Source of the DNA: Candidatus Ratteibacteria bacterium
GTDB lineage: Bacteria > Ratteibacteria > UBA8468 > B48-G9 > DTJG01
Direction: 5' to 3'
Length of the DNA stretch: 23,159 nucleotides
NCBI GenBank assembly: GCA_049971295.1
Contig: JBMFLH010000027.1
Coordinates: 1 to 23,159 of the forward strand
This document shows positions 8,354 through 18,020 of this stretch, one piece after another. Numbering within the stretch: the stretch's first letter is position 1; the number at the start of each line of letters is the position of its first letter. The notes below the pieces were generated by a model, which was not told the origin of the DNA, searched no databases, and saw only the letters and a list, made by a program, of their open reading frames with translations. A program made the translations under genes and the position numbers.

Positions 8354-9415
8354 ATGGAAATATTGACAGTTTCTCTCAGCAATGTAATTTATCCGATATA
8401 TCTTGATTACCCTCTGAAAAAAATTGGCAATTTGTTTCACAAACATCAATGTGGAAAAAAAATACTGGTTATTACTGATGAAAATGTTGCCAGATTATAT
8501 GCTGACGTTGTTGTAAAAAGCGTTTCATCCATGAAGAATGTTCATTTATCAGTTGTAAAACCAGGGGAATCTTCTAAAACAATAAAAGTCGCTTATCAAT
8601 TGATAAAAGAATGTTCATTATTCGGGATGGATAGAACAGACACAATTATTGCCCTTGGGGGAGGGGTAATTAGTGACCTTGCTGGATTTGTTTCGGCAAT
8701 TTATTTAAGAGGGATTCGATTGATATCCATTCCCACGACACTTCTGGCACAGGTTGATGCGTCAGTAGGGGGTAAAACTGGTATTAATTTGCCATGGGGT
8801 AAAAATCTTGTGGGTGCGTTTCATCAACCGTTTTTCGTCGTGATGGACTTTTCTACTCTTGAAAGTTTGCCTGCAAGAGAAATATCTCAGGGTATGGCAG
8901 AAATTATCAAGTGCGCGGTGATAAGAAGTAAGAAGTTGTTTGACCTTCTGCAGGATGTACCAGGTGAAGATATCAAAAAGTATTTTAAGTTTCTTGTTCG
9001 CGAGTGTGTATCGATTAAAAAACGGGTTGTTGAATCTGATGAGAAAGAAGAAAAAGGAATACGGGAAATTTTGAATTTTGGGCATACGATAGGACATGCA
9101 ATTGAGATTAATAGCAAACTTTTAAATCATGGAGAATCCGTAGCCCTGGGAATGCTTGGAGAAACATTTCTTGCCGTGAAAAGAAACTTCTGTTCTTATT
9201 CGCTTTTTGAAAATCTCAGGGCTCTGGTCAAAAAATATGGGTTGCCAGTGAAATGTGATGTTTCAGTAAAAAGGGTAAGTCATTCACTTACGTTTGATAA
9301 AAAAATGAAAGGCGGAAAAATTAGATGCGTGATGCCCCTGAGAATCGGAGCTGTAAAAACAGGGGTTGAAATTTCGCCTGAAGAAGTAATATCAAACTGG
9401 GAGCAATGGCAATGA
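8354..9415 (+). CDS. aroB: 3-dehydroquinate synthase
   Basis: GESSKT, ALGGGVISDLAGF, PTTLLAQVDASVGGKTG, KNLVGAFHQP, LNFGHTIGHAIE, HGESVA and DKK. Confidence 0.96.
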   Translation: MEILTVSLSNVIYPIYLDYPLKKIGNLFHKHQCGKKILVITDENVARLYADVVVKSVSSMKNVHLSVVKPGESSKTIKVAYQLIKECSLFGMDRTDTIIALGGGVISDLAGFVSAIYLRGIRLISIPTTLLAQVDASVGGKTGINLPWGKNLVGAFHQPFFVVMDFSTLESLPAREISQGMAEIIKCAVIRSKKLFDLLQDVPGEDIKKYFKFLVRECVSIKKRVVESDEKEEKGIREILNFGHTIGHAIEINSKLLNHGESVALGMLGETFLAVKRNFCSYSLFENLRALVKKYGLPVKCDVSVKRVSHSLTFDKKMKGGKIRCVMPLRIGAVKTGVEISPEEVISNWEQWQ

Positions 9416-10491
9416 ATAAAAAAATTACACTTGATCATCTCAGGAAACAGATTGATGAGATCGATAAGAGGTTGATAAATCTTCTTAATGAAAGAGCGAA
9501 AATTGTACAGCAGGTGGCTGAAGTAAAAAAGCACAATAATCTTCCTGGTTTTGATCCTTCCAGAGAAAAAAAGATTATTGATACTTTACAGAGAATTAAC
9601 ACTGGACCGCTATCAAACAAAGATATAGAATCGGTTATGCGAGAAATTTTTAGAATTTACAGATCTCTCGGAAGGCCTTTGACTATTGCGTATTTAGGTC
9701 CAGCAGGGACATTTACTCATCAGGCGTCCTTGTTCCAGTTCGGAGACAAAAATGATTATATGCCATGTAGAACAATTGAATCTGTATTCAGAGAAGTTGA
9801 AAAGGGTAGGGCGGATTATGGCGTTGTGCCTATTGAGAATTCAAATGAAGGAGTGGTGACACACACACTTGACATGTTTGTTGATAGCGATTTGAAAATC
9901 ACAGCTGAGATTATTCTTGAAATTCATCATTTTTTACTTTCCAGGGAGAAGAACTTAACAAAAATTAAAAAGGTTTATTCTCATATCCAGGCATTAGGCC
10001 AGTGTCAGAGATGGCTTGAAGAAAATCTTCCTGGGGCAGTTCTGTTGGAAGCAGAAAGTACCGCGCATGCTGTGCGTCTTGCGCAAAAAGAGCCTTTTTC
10101 TGCGGCAATTGGTTCAGAAGCAGCAGCAGAAATTTATAAAATGAACATACTGGCACCAAATATTGAGGATTTCAGGGGAAATGCCACGAGATTTCTTGTT
10201 ATTGGGACACGTTATTCCCAGCCAAGCGGAGATGATAAGACCTCGATTATGTTTTCGATTAAGGATCGGGTGGGTGCGCTTCACGACATGCTTGTGCCGT
10301 TTAAAAAATACAATATCAATCTAACTCGGATTGAATCGAGACCTACAAAGAAAAAAGCGTGGGAATACATATTTTTTGTGGACTTCGAAGGACATAAAGA
10401 TGATGCTAACGTTTGTAAAGCCCTTGCTTTGCTTGAGAAAAATTGTGTATTTTTGAAAATCCTTGGTTCGTATCCAAAAGGAGGTCTTTGA
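9412..10491 (+). CDS. pheA: Bifunctional chorismate mutase / prephenate dehydratase (P-protein)
   Basis: N-terminal CM domain ([14 protein letters not shown]), then [19 protein letters not shown] and ACT domain [12 protein letters not shown] 9412 overlaps the aroB stop as ATGA; 9406 is an alternative start. Confidence 0.96.
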   Translation: MNKKITLDHLRKQIDEIDKRLINLLNERAKIVQQVAEVKKHNNLPGFDPSREKKIIDTLQRINTGPLSNKDIESVMREIFRIYRSLGRPLTIAYLGPAGTFTHQASLFQFGDKNDYMPCRTIESVFREVEKGRADYGVVPIENSNEGVVTHTLDMFVDSDLKITAEIILEIHHFLLSREKNLTKIKKVYSHIQALGQCQRWLEENLPGAVLLEAESTAHAVRLAQKEPFSAAIGSEAAAEIYKMNILAPNIEDFRGNATRFLVIGTRYSQPSGDDKTSIMFSIKDRVGALHDMLVPFKKYNINLTRIESRPTKKKAWEYIFFVDFEGHKDDANVCKALALLEKNCVFLKILGSYPKGGL

Positions 10492-11513
10492 TGGCAGACC
10501 TTATTATTATGGCAGGGAATTCTTCTGATGAGGAAATTTCTGCTGTTATAGAAAAGATAAAATCTCTCGGTTTTGGTATTAATCTCAGTAAGGGAAAAGA
10601 AAAAATCATCATAGGGATTATTGGTGATACAAGACGACTTTCTGAGGAGGTTTTTTTATCTTTTCCCGGTGTGATTGAGGTTATCAATATTCTTAAGGAT
10701 TATAAATTGGTCAGTCGGGAATTTCATGTTGAAGATTCTTCCTTTTTTGTTGGAAATGTTCTGGTTGACAGGAATCGCCTTATTGTTGTGGCCGGTCCGT
10801 GTTCTGTAGAAAGTGAGGAACAGATGGTAAAAATCGCACATTTCATCCGATCCAGCGGAGGTAAAATTTTACGTGGTGGTGCCTATAAACCAAGAACATC
10901 ACCATACAGCTTTACAGGTCTGGGAAGAGAAGGGCTTGAGATCCTCAAGGAAGTAAAAAAACAAACAGGCCTTCCTGTGGTTACCGAAGTGATGACTCCT
11001 GAAGAGGTTGATATCGTCGCTGAAGTTGCAGACATGTTACAGATAGGAGCAAGAAACATGTACAATTATCGACTTCTTGAGAGAGTTGGAAGAACACAGG
11101 TTCCCGTGATGCTTAAAAGAAGTTTTCAGGCAACAATCAGTGAGTTTTTGAGTTGCGCCGAATATATTCTGAAGGAAGGAAATTCAAAGGTGATTCTGTG
11201 CGAACGGGGCATTCGCACTTTTGATTCGCAGTTTACAAGAAATTGTCTTGACTTAAACGCCATACCAGTTTTGAAAAAAGAAACGCATCTGCCTGTTTTT
11301 GTTGATCCAAGTCATGGAACCGGTAAGCGGGACCTTGTTATACCTATGTCGCGGGCGGCCATTGCTGCTGGAGCTGACGGACTTGTTATCGAAGTTCATC
11401 CAAAACCAGAAGAAGCATTGTCTGATGGATTCCAATCTCTCACCTTTGAAATGTTCAAAAGGTTGATGGAAGAGATTCAACCCTTTGCAAAAATTATGGG
11501 ACGAACTGTTTAG
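10491..11513 (+). CDS. aroF: DAHP synthase, type I-beta with N-terminal regulatory domain
   Basis: [44 protein letters not shown] and EVHP..ALSDG. Start ATG 10491 overlaps the pheA stop as TGATG, with a GGAGG RBS. Confidence 0.95.
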   Translation: MADLIIMAGNSSDEEISAVIEKIKSLGFGINLSKGKEKIIIGIIGDTRRLSEEVFLSFPGVIEVINILKDYKLVSREFHVEDSSFFVGNVLVDRNRLIVVAGPCSVESEEQMVKIAHFIRSSGGKILRGGAYKPRTSPYSFTGLGREGLEILKEVKKQTGLPVVTEVMTPEEVDIVAEVADMLQIGARNMYNYRLLERVGRTQVPVMLKRSFQATISEFLSCAEYILKEGNSKVILCERGIRTFDSQFTRNCLDLNAIPVLKKETHLPVFVDPSHGTGKRDLVIPMSRAAIAAGADGLVIEVHPKPEEALSDGFQSLTFEMFKRLMEEIQPFAKIMGRTV

Positions 11514-11528
11514 CGAAGAGGTTTTTCT

Positions 11529-12701
11529 ATGGATCTGATTGTTGAATGGAAAACACTAATTGATGAATCAACGTATCCGGCTGAATATCCATTTCCAGGG
11601 GAATGGGTGTCTTTTGGTAAAGGGTATCCAGTAAAAGGACTTGGTGGATGGGAAACTTCATTGATCGCACATGAAGTAAAAGATTTTGATCTGGATAGAG
11701 CCAAGCATCTTATGGTTTTATATTTGAAATCCTGTTATCGAGAAGAGGATGGAATGTTAGCATCAAAGGTGGTTGCAAAATCCGATAATTTGTATTCGAT
11801 GACAAAAAAAGGAAGGATATACAAATACAGTCATGCGCCTATCTGGAGTTTTACTGCAAGAAAAATTCTTGAAAAACAATGGGATGAGAAATTTGCTCTG
11901 CTTTGTTTTGATATTGGAATAAATAACCTTAAATGGTGGGAGGAAAACAGAAAAGATAGAATTGGATTATTTTGGTATTTTGATAGTTATCCTGACGAAA
12001 AGGAATCAGCGGAATCTGGCCACGAACATTCTCCACGATGGGATTTTACTGATCTTGGGCCATTTCCATGCATTGATTTAAACTGCCAGATCCTGATATA
12101 TCTTGAAAATCTCATATTTCTTGCTGAAAAACTTGGTAGAGTCAGAGAAAGGGACAAGATTTTTTCAATGTATGAGAATTTGAAGGCAACTTCCTGGAAA
12201 TATTTCTGGGATGAGTTAATTGGTATATTTTGTGATTACGACCTTACAGGTATGAATGCAAAGAAAACCACTGCTTCATTCTGGGCATTGATAAGCGGCC
12301 TGGCATCGCAAGAAGATACTGAGCGAATGGTAACTTTGCTACTGGACCCAAAGGAATTTTTTGCACCACACGGATTGCCTGTTGTATCACTTTCTGAACC
12401 AGCTTTTGAACTTGATTTCTGGAGAGGGGCGCTTTGGCCATCTGAAGTATTCTGGGTTTGTGCCGGCCTTCAGAAATATAAGTTTGATGAAATTGCGAAA
12501 AAAATTGCCAGGATATGTTTGGAAAATATTTTCAGCACTTTCAAAAATACTGGTAAATTCTGGGAGTTTTATAATCCTCTTGATGGAAATATATCTAAAC
12601 TAAAAAGGAATAAATCCAGCAAAGGGCCATTTCCAGATTGTCCTGCTTCAGTTCCTGTGATTAGTCTTGAAAAAATTGCAGAAGGAGAAAAGGTATGTTG
12701 A
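11529..12701 (+). CDS. GH63/MGH1-like (alpha/alpha)6-barrel glycoside hydrolase homologue
   Basis: ESGHEHSPRWD (family ESGxDNSPRW/F), IDLNC, FWDE..G.F.DY, FWRGALW (family YWRGxxW) and FWEFYNP. Substrate unknown. Confidence 0.8.
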   Translation: MDLIVEWKTLIDESTYPAEYPFPGEWVSFGKGYPVKGLGGWETSLIAHEVKDFDLDRAKHLMVLYLKSCYREEDGMLASKVVAKSDNLYSMTKKGRIYKYSHAPIWSFTARKILEKQWDEKFALLCFDIGINNLKWWEENRKDRIGLFWYFDSYPDEKESAESGHEHSPRWDFTDLGPFPCIDLNCQILIYLENLIFLAEKLGRVRERDKIFSMYENLKATSWKYFWDELIGIFCDYDLTGMNAKKTTASFWALISGLASQEDTERMVTLLLDPKEFFAPHGLPVVSLSEPAFELDFWRGALWPSEVFWVCAGLQKYKFDEIAKKIARICLENIFSTFKNTGKFWEFYNPLDGNISKLKRNKSSKGPFPDCPASVPVISLEKIAEGEKVC

Positions 12702-13810
12702 ACAGGATAAAATTTTTTCTACCAACAAGAATATTTTTTGGAGAAGGTTGTCTTTCTGAATTTTTGCCTGAAGCGGCTGTTTTTGGAAGAAATGCTTTGA
12801 TTGTGACAGGTAAATCTTCAGCACGAAGGACCGGTTTACTTGATACTGTATGCGGAATTTTAAAACACAGTGGCGTCATGTGTCACGTGTGTGACAATGT
12901 ATCTCCTGAGCCAGCAGTGAAAGATTGTGTTCGTGTGGCAGAAGCAGGTTTACAATATGATGCAGATATGCTTGTTGCTGTTGGTGGCGGCAGTGCCATG
13001 GATGTTGCAAAGGCAGCAGCTGTTTTGATGAAAAATCCAGGCCCCTGTCAGAGTTATTTTGGAGAAGAGAAATTTGCAAATGAACCTTTACCTGTTATTG
13101 CGGTCCCAACAACCTGCGGAAGCGGAAGTGAAGTTACCAGGTATGCGGTGATTATCGATGAACAAACAAATACCAAAAAAACTATTTCCTCAGAGAGAAT
13201 AATTCCGAAAATGGCAATACTTGATCCATCAACAATAAGAAGTTTGCCTGGGCCACTTATTGCAGGGACTGGCATGGATGCCCTGTGCCATGCGATTGAA
13301 GGGTTTTTATCAATAAAGGCGAATCATCTAACGCAACTATTTTCGCGGGCTGCAATCAGATTGATTATAGAAAACATTAATAATGCGACGACGGATTTGC
13401 ATATGGGACATATCGAATCAGTTTTCCTTGGTTCTCTGTACGCTGGCTTTGTAATCAATCACACCGGTACAATTTTCATCCATGGTATGGCATACGGCCT
13501 AACAATCAGACACAACGTTCATCACGGAACCGCTAATGCACTATGCCTGCCGTACGCCCTCTTGTTTTTGAAAAAACATGGATATGAGGAAGAAATAAAG
13601 GAACTGGAAGGATTTATTACTGCTCAGGCAATTATTGATATGAACAGGAGAATGGGACTTCCAGCAAGATTAAGGGATTTGGGTCTGCAGCAGAGCGAAA
13701 TTGGTATTCTTGCCGAAATGGCAGTAAAAGGTTGTGAGAGATCATTCAAAAACATGAAACAGCCATTTAGTAAGGACGATTTTGTTCAGATTTTTACATC
13801 TATGTTTTGA
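12695..13810 (+). CDS. Iron-containing alcohol dehydrogenase
   Basis: GGGSAMDVAKA, PTTCGSGSE, and metal ligands in DALCHAIE, HGMAY and HHGTANA. Confidence 0.92.
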   Translation: MLNRIKFFLPTRIFFGEGCLSEFLPEAAVFGRNALIVTGKSSARRTGLLDTVCGILKHSGVMCHVCDNVSPEPAVKDCVRVAEAGLQYDADMLVAVGGGSAMDVAKAAAVLMKNPGPCQSYFGEEKFANEPLPVIAVPTTCGSGSEVTRYAVIIDEQTNTKKTISSERIIPKMAILDPSTIRSLPGPLIAGTGMDALCHAIEGFLSIKANHLTQLFSRAAIRLIIENINNATTDLHMGHIESVFLGSLYAGFVINHTGTIFIHGMAYGLTIRHNVHHGTANALCLPYALLFLKKHGYEEEIKELEGFITAQAIIDMNRRMGLPARLRDLGLQQSEIGILAEMAVKGCERSFKNMKQPFSKDDFVQIFTSMF

Positions 13811-13835
13811 AGTTAATCACTTATGAAGTTCAGAA

Positions 13836-14762
13836 ATGAAGATTTCTAATATATTTCGATTTCATGCAAAGAATATTCCCTGCGTTGTAATGGGGATAGG
13901 GAAGTTTGATGGATTTCATGTTGGGCATCAAAAAATAGTAGACGAAATATTAAGGATATCTAACAATTTAAGGTGTATGCCGACGGTTTTTACCATCAGA
14001 AATTACCCAGCCAGCAGTGTCCTGGCTTTATGGAAGGAGCGACTTGATGCATTCAAAAGGCATGAAATTGAACTATGTCTGTGGGCAGATTTTATGGAAA
14101 TACAAAAACTTTCTCCAGAGATATTTCTGAATATTCTGCAATCCACCTGTAATATAAAGGGAATAGTTGTTGGAAAGGGTTTCAGATTTGGTTTTCATCG
14201 CAAAGGTGATACAAAATTTCTCAAGACCTGGGCAAAGCAGAAGGGAATTATTGTTTCTATTATAAAACCGGTCATTATGAATAATCACATTGTCAGCAGC
14301 AGTGTTATTAAGGAAATGATACGCAATTCTAAATTTTTTGAGGCAAGAGCAATGCTTGGCAGATGGTTTACTTTGAAAGGCAGGCATATTTCTGGTAGAA
14401 AATTAGGTAGAAGTATTGGTTTTCCTACGATAAATCTTGATTTATTAAATAAAAATTCACCATTGTCTGAAGGGATATATGCAGCGATTGTCAAACAGAG
14501 AACTAAAGTTTTCAAATCCGTGGTCTTTTATGGTTCTTCTCAAACCTTTCAAGGTCCTGTTTCATTTGAAATTCATATACTGGATACGAAGATTAATACA
14601 TCTGGTAATGAAATTTTTACTGTTATTCCTGTACAGAAAATAAGGGAAGTAGAAAAATTTGATAAAATACCAGCGCTTGTCAAGCAGATAGAAAGGGATA
14701 TTTCAAAAGCCAAAAAAATCTTTAATATTCTAAAACTTGACGACTTAAAAGAAAAGGTGTAG
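13836..14762 (+). CDS. ribF: Bifunctional FAD synthetase / riboflavin kinase
   Basis: GKFDGFHVGH, VVG..FRFG, VSSS.I, GRKLGRSIGFPTINL, GIY, EIH, IRE..KF and LVKQIERD. Confidence 0.92.
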   Translation: MKISNIFRFHAKNIPCVVMGIGKFDGFHVGHQKIVDEILRISNNLRCMPTVFTIRNYPASSVLALWKERLDAFKRHEIELCLWADFMEIQKLSPEIFLNILQSTCNIKGIVVGKGFRFGFHRKGDTKFLKTWAKQKGIIVSIIKPVIMNNHIVSSSVIKEMIRNSKFFEARAMLGRWFTLKGRHISGRKLGRSIGFPTINLDLLNKNSPLSEGIYAAIVKQRTKVFKSVVFYGSSQTFQGPVSFEIHILDTKINTSGNEIFTVIPVQKIREVEKFDKIPALVKQIERDISKAKKIFNILKLDDLKEKV

Positions 14763-14765
14763 TAT
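14737..14765 (+). promoter_or_regulatory. Putative sigma70 promoter for ppdK within the ribF 3' end
   Basis: TTGACG (14737-14742), 17 bp, TAGTAT (14760-14765). An AGGAGG RBS precedes the ppdK ATG. Confidence 0.5.
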
Positions 14766-14812
14766 TATGTCACCTTCCAAAAATTTTTTTCTGCGAAAAG
14801 GAGGAAAAGAAA

Positions 14813-17587
14813 ATGGACAAATATGTTTACTTCTTTGGAGGTGGTAGAGCAGATGGCAACGAAAGTATGAAGGAACTATTGGGGGGAAAAGGAGCCAATC
14901 TTGCTGAAATGGCAGGTCATCCGGATTTACGTTTGCCAGTTCCTCCTGGATTCACCATTACCACTGAAGTTTGTACTTATTATTACAAACACAACAGAAC
15001 ATACCCGAAAAGTTTGAAAAAAGAAGTTGAAGCAGCATTGAAAAGAGTGGAAAAACTTATGGGCCGAAAATTTGGGGATGCAGAAAATCCATTACTTGTT
15101 TCTGTCAGGTCTGGTGCAAGGCGATCAATGCCAGGTATGATGGAAACAGTTTTGAATGTTGGCTTAACTGAAAAGACGTTACCGGGGTTAATAAAGCAGA
15201 GTGGAGGTAACGAAAGATTTGCTTACGACGCCTATAGACGGCTCATTATGATGTATGCTGATGTGGTGATGGAAAAGGCGCAGGGCATTGAACCAGAAGA
15301 CGGTAAGGGTGTTAGAAAACTGATGGATGAGCGGCTTGAGGAACTAAAAATAAGAAAAAATTATAAAAATGATACAGATTTGACGGTGGAAGACCTTAAA
15401 GACCTTATCAAAGAATTCAAGCAAATCGTTAAACAGAGGTTTGGTAAAGAATTTCCTGATGATCCTGATGAGCAGTTGTGGGGTGCTATTGGTGCGGTGT
15501 TTGCATCATGGAATGGAAAACGAGCAGTTGAATATCGACGCATAGAAAAAATTCCTGATGACTGGGGAACTGCTGTTAATGTCCAGGCAATGGTGTTTGG
15601 CAATATGGGAGAAGATTCAGCTACAGGTGTGGCTTTTACACGTAATCCTGGCACAGGCGAACATCAATTCTATGGCGAGTATCTTGTTAATGCCCAGGGA
15701 GAAGATGTGGTAGCAGGAATCAGAACCCCGGCGCCGATCAACGAATACTCAAAGAATGAACAGAGTAAACATTTACCAACTCTTGAATCACTGATGCCTG
15801 AGGTTTACAAACAGCTGGATAAAATTCAAAAAAAGCTGGAAAAACATTATAAAGACATGCAGGATATTGAGTTTACCATTGAAAAAGGCAGACTTTTTAT
15901 TTTGCAATGCAGGGTGGGGAAAAGAAATGGTGTCGCAGCAGTCAGAATGGCGGCTGATATGTATAGGGAAAAACTTATTGACGCTGAGACCGCTGTCATG
16001 CGTGTTGCTCCGTCACAACTTGTGGAATTGTTGCTTCCCATGATTGACCCCAAAGCAGAAGCTGCGACAAAGCCCATAGCTAAAGGACTTCCTGCAGGTC
16101 CTGGTGGTGCCAGAGGAAGGGTGGTTTTTACTTCAAAAGATGCTGTTGAATGGGCTCAACGTGGCGAAAAGGTGATTCTGGTAAGGGAAGAGACATCACC
16201 TGAAGATGTTGACGGTATGCACAAGGCAGAGGCGATTCTTACCAGCAAAGGAGGTATGACATCCCATGCGGCACTTGTGGCAAGAGGGTGGGGGAAGTGT
16301 TGTATCGTGGGATGTTCAGATATTGAGATTGCAGCGGATAATAAATCCTTTAGAACGAAAAGTGGTGCGGTGATCAATGAAGGTGACTGGATTTCATTGA
16401 ATGGCACAAAAGGTCTTGTGTATCAGGGAAGTTTACCATTGGTTGATGTGGACCTCGACCATAATGAATCTTACCAATATTTCATGAAAATCGTGGATAA
16501 AGTAAGAAAACTAAAGGTGCGTGCTAATGCAGATACTCCTGAGGATGCAAAAAAAGCCCTCAAGTTTGGAGCAGAAGGGATTGGGCTTTTTCGTACAGAA
16601 CACATGTTTTATGGTGAAGGCAGTGACAAACCATTGTTTTTGCTCAGAAAGATGATTATGAGCAAAACAGTTGAAGAGCGAAAATCTGCTCTTGAAGAAT
16701 TATTCCCGTACATGAAGAATGACATAAAAGCCACGCTTGAGGTAATGAATGGATATCCGGTTACTATCCGTCTTCTTGACCCGCCACTTCATGAATTTGT
16801 TCCACACGATGAAGAAAAACTTCTTGCTCTTGGAAAAGAACTGGGCGTGGATGCCGATGAATTAAAAAGAAGGGCAGAATCTTTACGAGAAAATAATCCA
16901 ATGCTCGGTCATCGAGGGGTCAGACTTGGAATTACTTATCCTGAAATCTCTGAAATGCAGTTCAGAGCCATCCTCGAGGCAGCGGCAGAGCTGATTAAAG
17001 ATGGGAAAAAGGCATTGCCAGAAATCATGATTCCAGTAACATGTACGGTTGCAGAGCTTACGCATCAAAAGAGAATCTTTGAACGTGTTTATCAGGAGGT
17101 ATGTTCGAAATTTGGGTTGAAGAAAATACCCCATATGTTTGGCACAATGATTGAAATTCCAAGGGCAGCCCTTACTGCTGATAGAATGGCTGAGGTTGCT
17201 GAATTCTTTTCGTTTGGTACAAATGACCTTACTCAAATGGGATTTGGATTTTCAAGAGACGACATTGGAAGTTTTCTTCCCGACTATCTTGCAGGGAAAA
17301 TTCTTCCTGCAGACCCATTTCAGACTATAGACCAGGAAGGAATTGGTGAACTGATTTCTATCGGCATACAGCGGGGAAGAGCAACATGCGAGAACCTAAA
17401 GGTTGGTATTTGTGGTGAACATGGAGGAGACCCTGATTCTGTAAAATTCTGCCACAGAGCTGGCATGAACTATGTGTCCTGTTCTCCATTCAGAGTTTGT
17501 ATCGCAAGACATGCGGCCGCCCAGGCAGTGGTGGAAGAGAAGTTAAAAAGTTTGCAGAACAGAAAAAAGAAAACACGCAAAAAATAA
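14813..17587 (+). CDS. ppdK: Pyruvate, phosphate dikinase
   Basis: LLGGKGANLAEM, PLLVSVRSGA, AQGEDVVAGIRTP, phospho-His motif GGMTSHAALVAR, FSFGTNDLTQ and GICGEHGGDP; 924 aa. Confidence 0.98.
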   Translation: MDKYVYFFGGGRADGNESMKELLGGKGANLAEMAGHPDLRLPVPPGFTITTEVCTYYYKHNRTYPKSLKKEVEAALKRVEKLMGRKFGDAENPLLVSVRSGARRSMPGMMETVLNVGLTEKTLPGLIKQSGGNERFAYDAYRRLIMMYADVVMEKAQGIEPEDGKGVRKLMDERLEELKIRKNYKNDTDLTVEDLKDLIKEFKQIVKQRFGKEFPDDPDEQLWGAIGAVFASWNGKRAVEYRRIEKIPDDWGTAVNVQAMVFGNMGEDSATGVAFTRNPGTGEHQFYGEYLVNAQGEDVVAGIRTPAPINEYSKNEQSKHLPTLESLMPEVYKQLDKIQKKLEKHYKDMQDIEFTIEKGRLFILQCRVGKRNGVAAVRMAADMYREKLIDAETAVMRVAPSQLVELLLPMIDPKAEAATKPIAKGLPAGPGGARGRVVFTSKDAVEWAQRGEKVILVREETSPEDVDGMHKAEAILTSKGGMTSHAALVARGWGKCCIVGCSDIEIAADNKSFRTKSGAVINEGDWISLNGTKGLVYQGSLPLVDVDLDHNESYQYFMKIVDKVRKLKVRANADTPEDAKKALKFGAEGIGLFRTEHMFYGEGSDKPLFLLRKMIMSKTVEERKSALEELFPYMKNDIKATLEVMNGYPVTIRLLDPPLHEFVPHDEEKLLALGKELGVDADELKRRAESLRENNPMLGHRGVRLGITYPEISEMQFRAILEAAAELIKDGKKALPEIMIPVTCTVAELTHQKRIFERVYQEVCSKFGLKKIPHMFGTMIEIPRAALTADRMAEVAEFFSFGTNDLTQMGFGFSRDDIGSFLPDYLAGKILPADPFQTIDQEGIGELISIGIQRGRATCENLKVGICGEHGGDPDSVKFCHRAGMNYVSCSPFRVCIARHAAAQAVVEEKLKSLQNRKKKTRKK

Positions 17588-17621
17588 CGAAGTTATAAAG
17601 TCGTGAAATAATGAGGTTAAT

Positions 17622-17680
17622 AACAGAAGGCATATAAAAAATTGTCTGAGGCTCATCTTATGCCTTCTGTTTTTCTTTTC
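17622..17680 (+). terminator. Probable intrinsic terminator after ppdK
   Basis: Perfect 13-bp inverted repeat AACAGAAGGCATA (17622-17634) / TATGCCTTCTGTT (17659-17671) followed by a T-rich tract. The 24-nt loop is unusually long. Confidence 0.6.
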
Positions 17681-17909
17681 AGTTGCATAATCGCCAGTCT
17701 TGACCTTTATACTCCCTGTGACAGAGTTTGTCTCCTGCCCTTAGGTACACTCGGTAACCTTTATTAAGGAAAATAAAGAGTGGAAAAGTTCTGTACATAC
17801 CCATTATTTGTCTATAAGAATTACTGGCGTAAATTTTTTAAATATATGATACAGGTTTTTTATAATACTTCTACCAATATAAGCGTCTAATTTAAAAAAT
17901 GCGCGAAAC

Positions 17910-17938
17910 TTGCAAGGCACATTAAAGCCGGGTATAAT
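17910..17938 (+). promoter_or_regulatory. Sigma70 promoter for the DUF362-tatAC operon
   Basis: TTGCAA (17910-17915), 17 bp, TATAAT (17933-17938). Confidence 0.7.
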
Positions 17939-18020
17939 GTTCTTTAGCCAGTTTCTATGATAACAAAAAGGTTGAGGATTGTATACGTAAGTATCTGATA
18001 ATCATAAAAAAGGAGTCAGA

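Noticed and set aside
8658..8665. KOPS-like GGGGAGGG oriented toward dif
   Set aside because: A single occurrence that encodes the conserved GGG motif of AroB carries no statistical weight.
10443..10490. N-terminal extension of the DAHP synthase
   Set aside because: It lies inside pheA; ATG 10491 has a GGAGG RBS and stop-start coupling.
12881..12896. Palindrome TGTCAC-GTGT-GTGACA as a possible parS
   Set aside because: It does not fit TGTTTCACGTGAAACA, occurs once and lies within the ADH coding sequence.
13836..14762. Divergent RibF motifs (TIRNYP, PTIN, GSSQT) as a sign of inactivation
   Set aside because: The core HxGH, SSS, GFPT.N and E.H motifs are retained; this looks like ordinary divergence.
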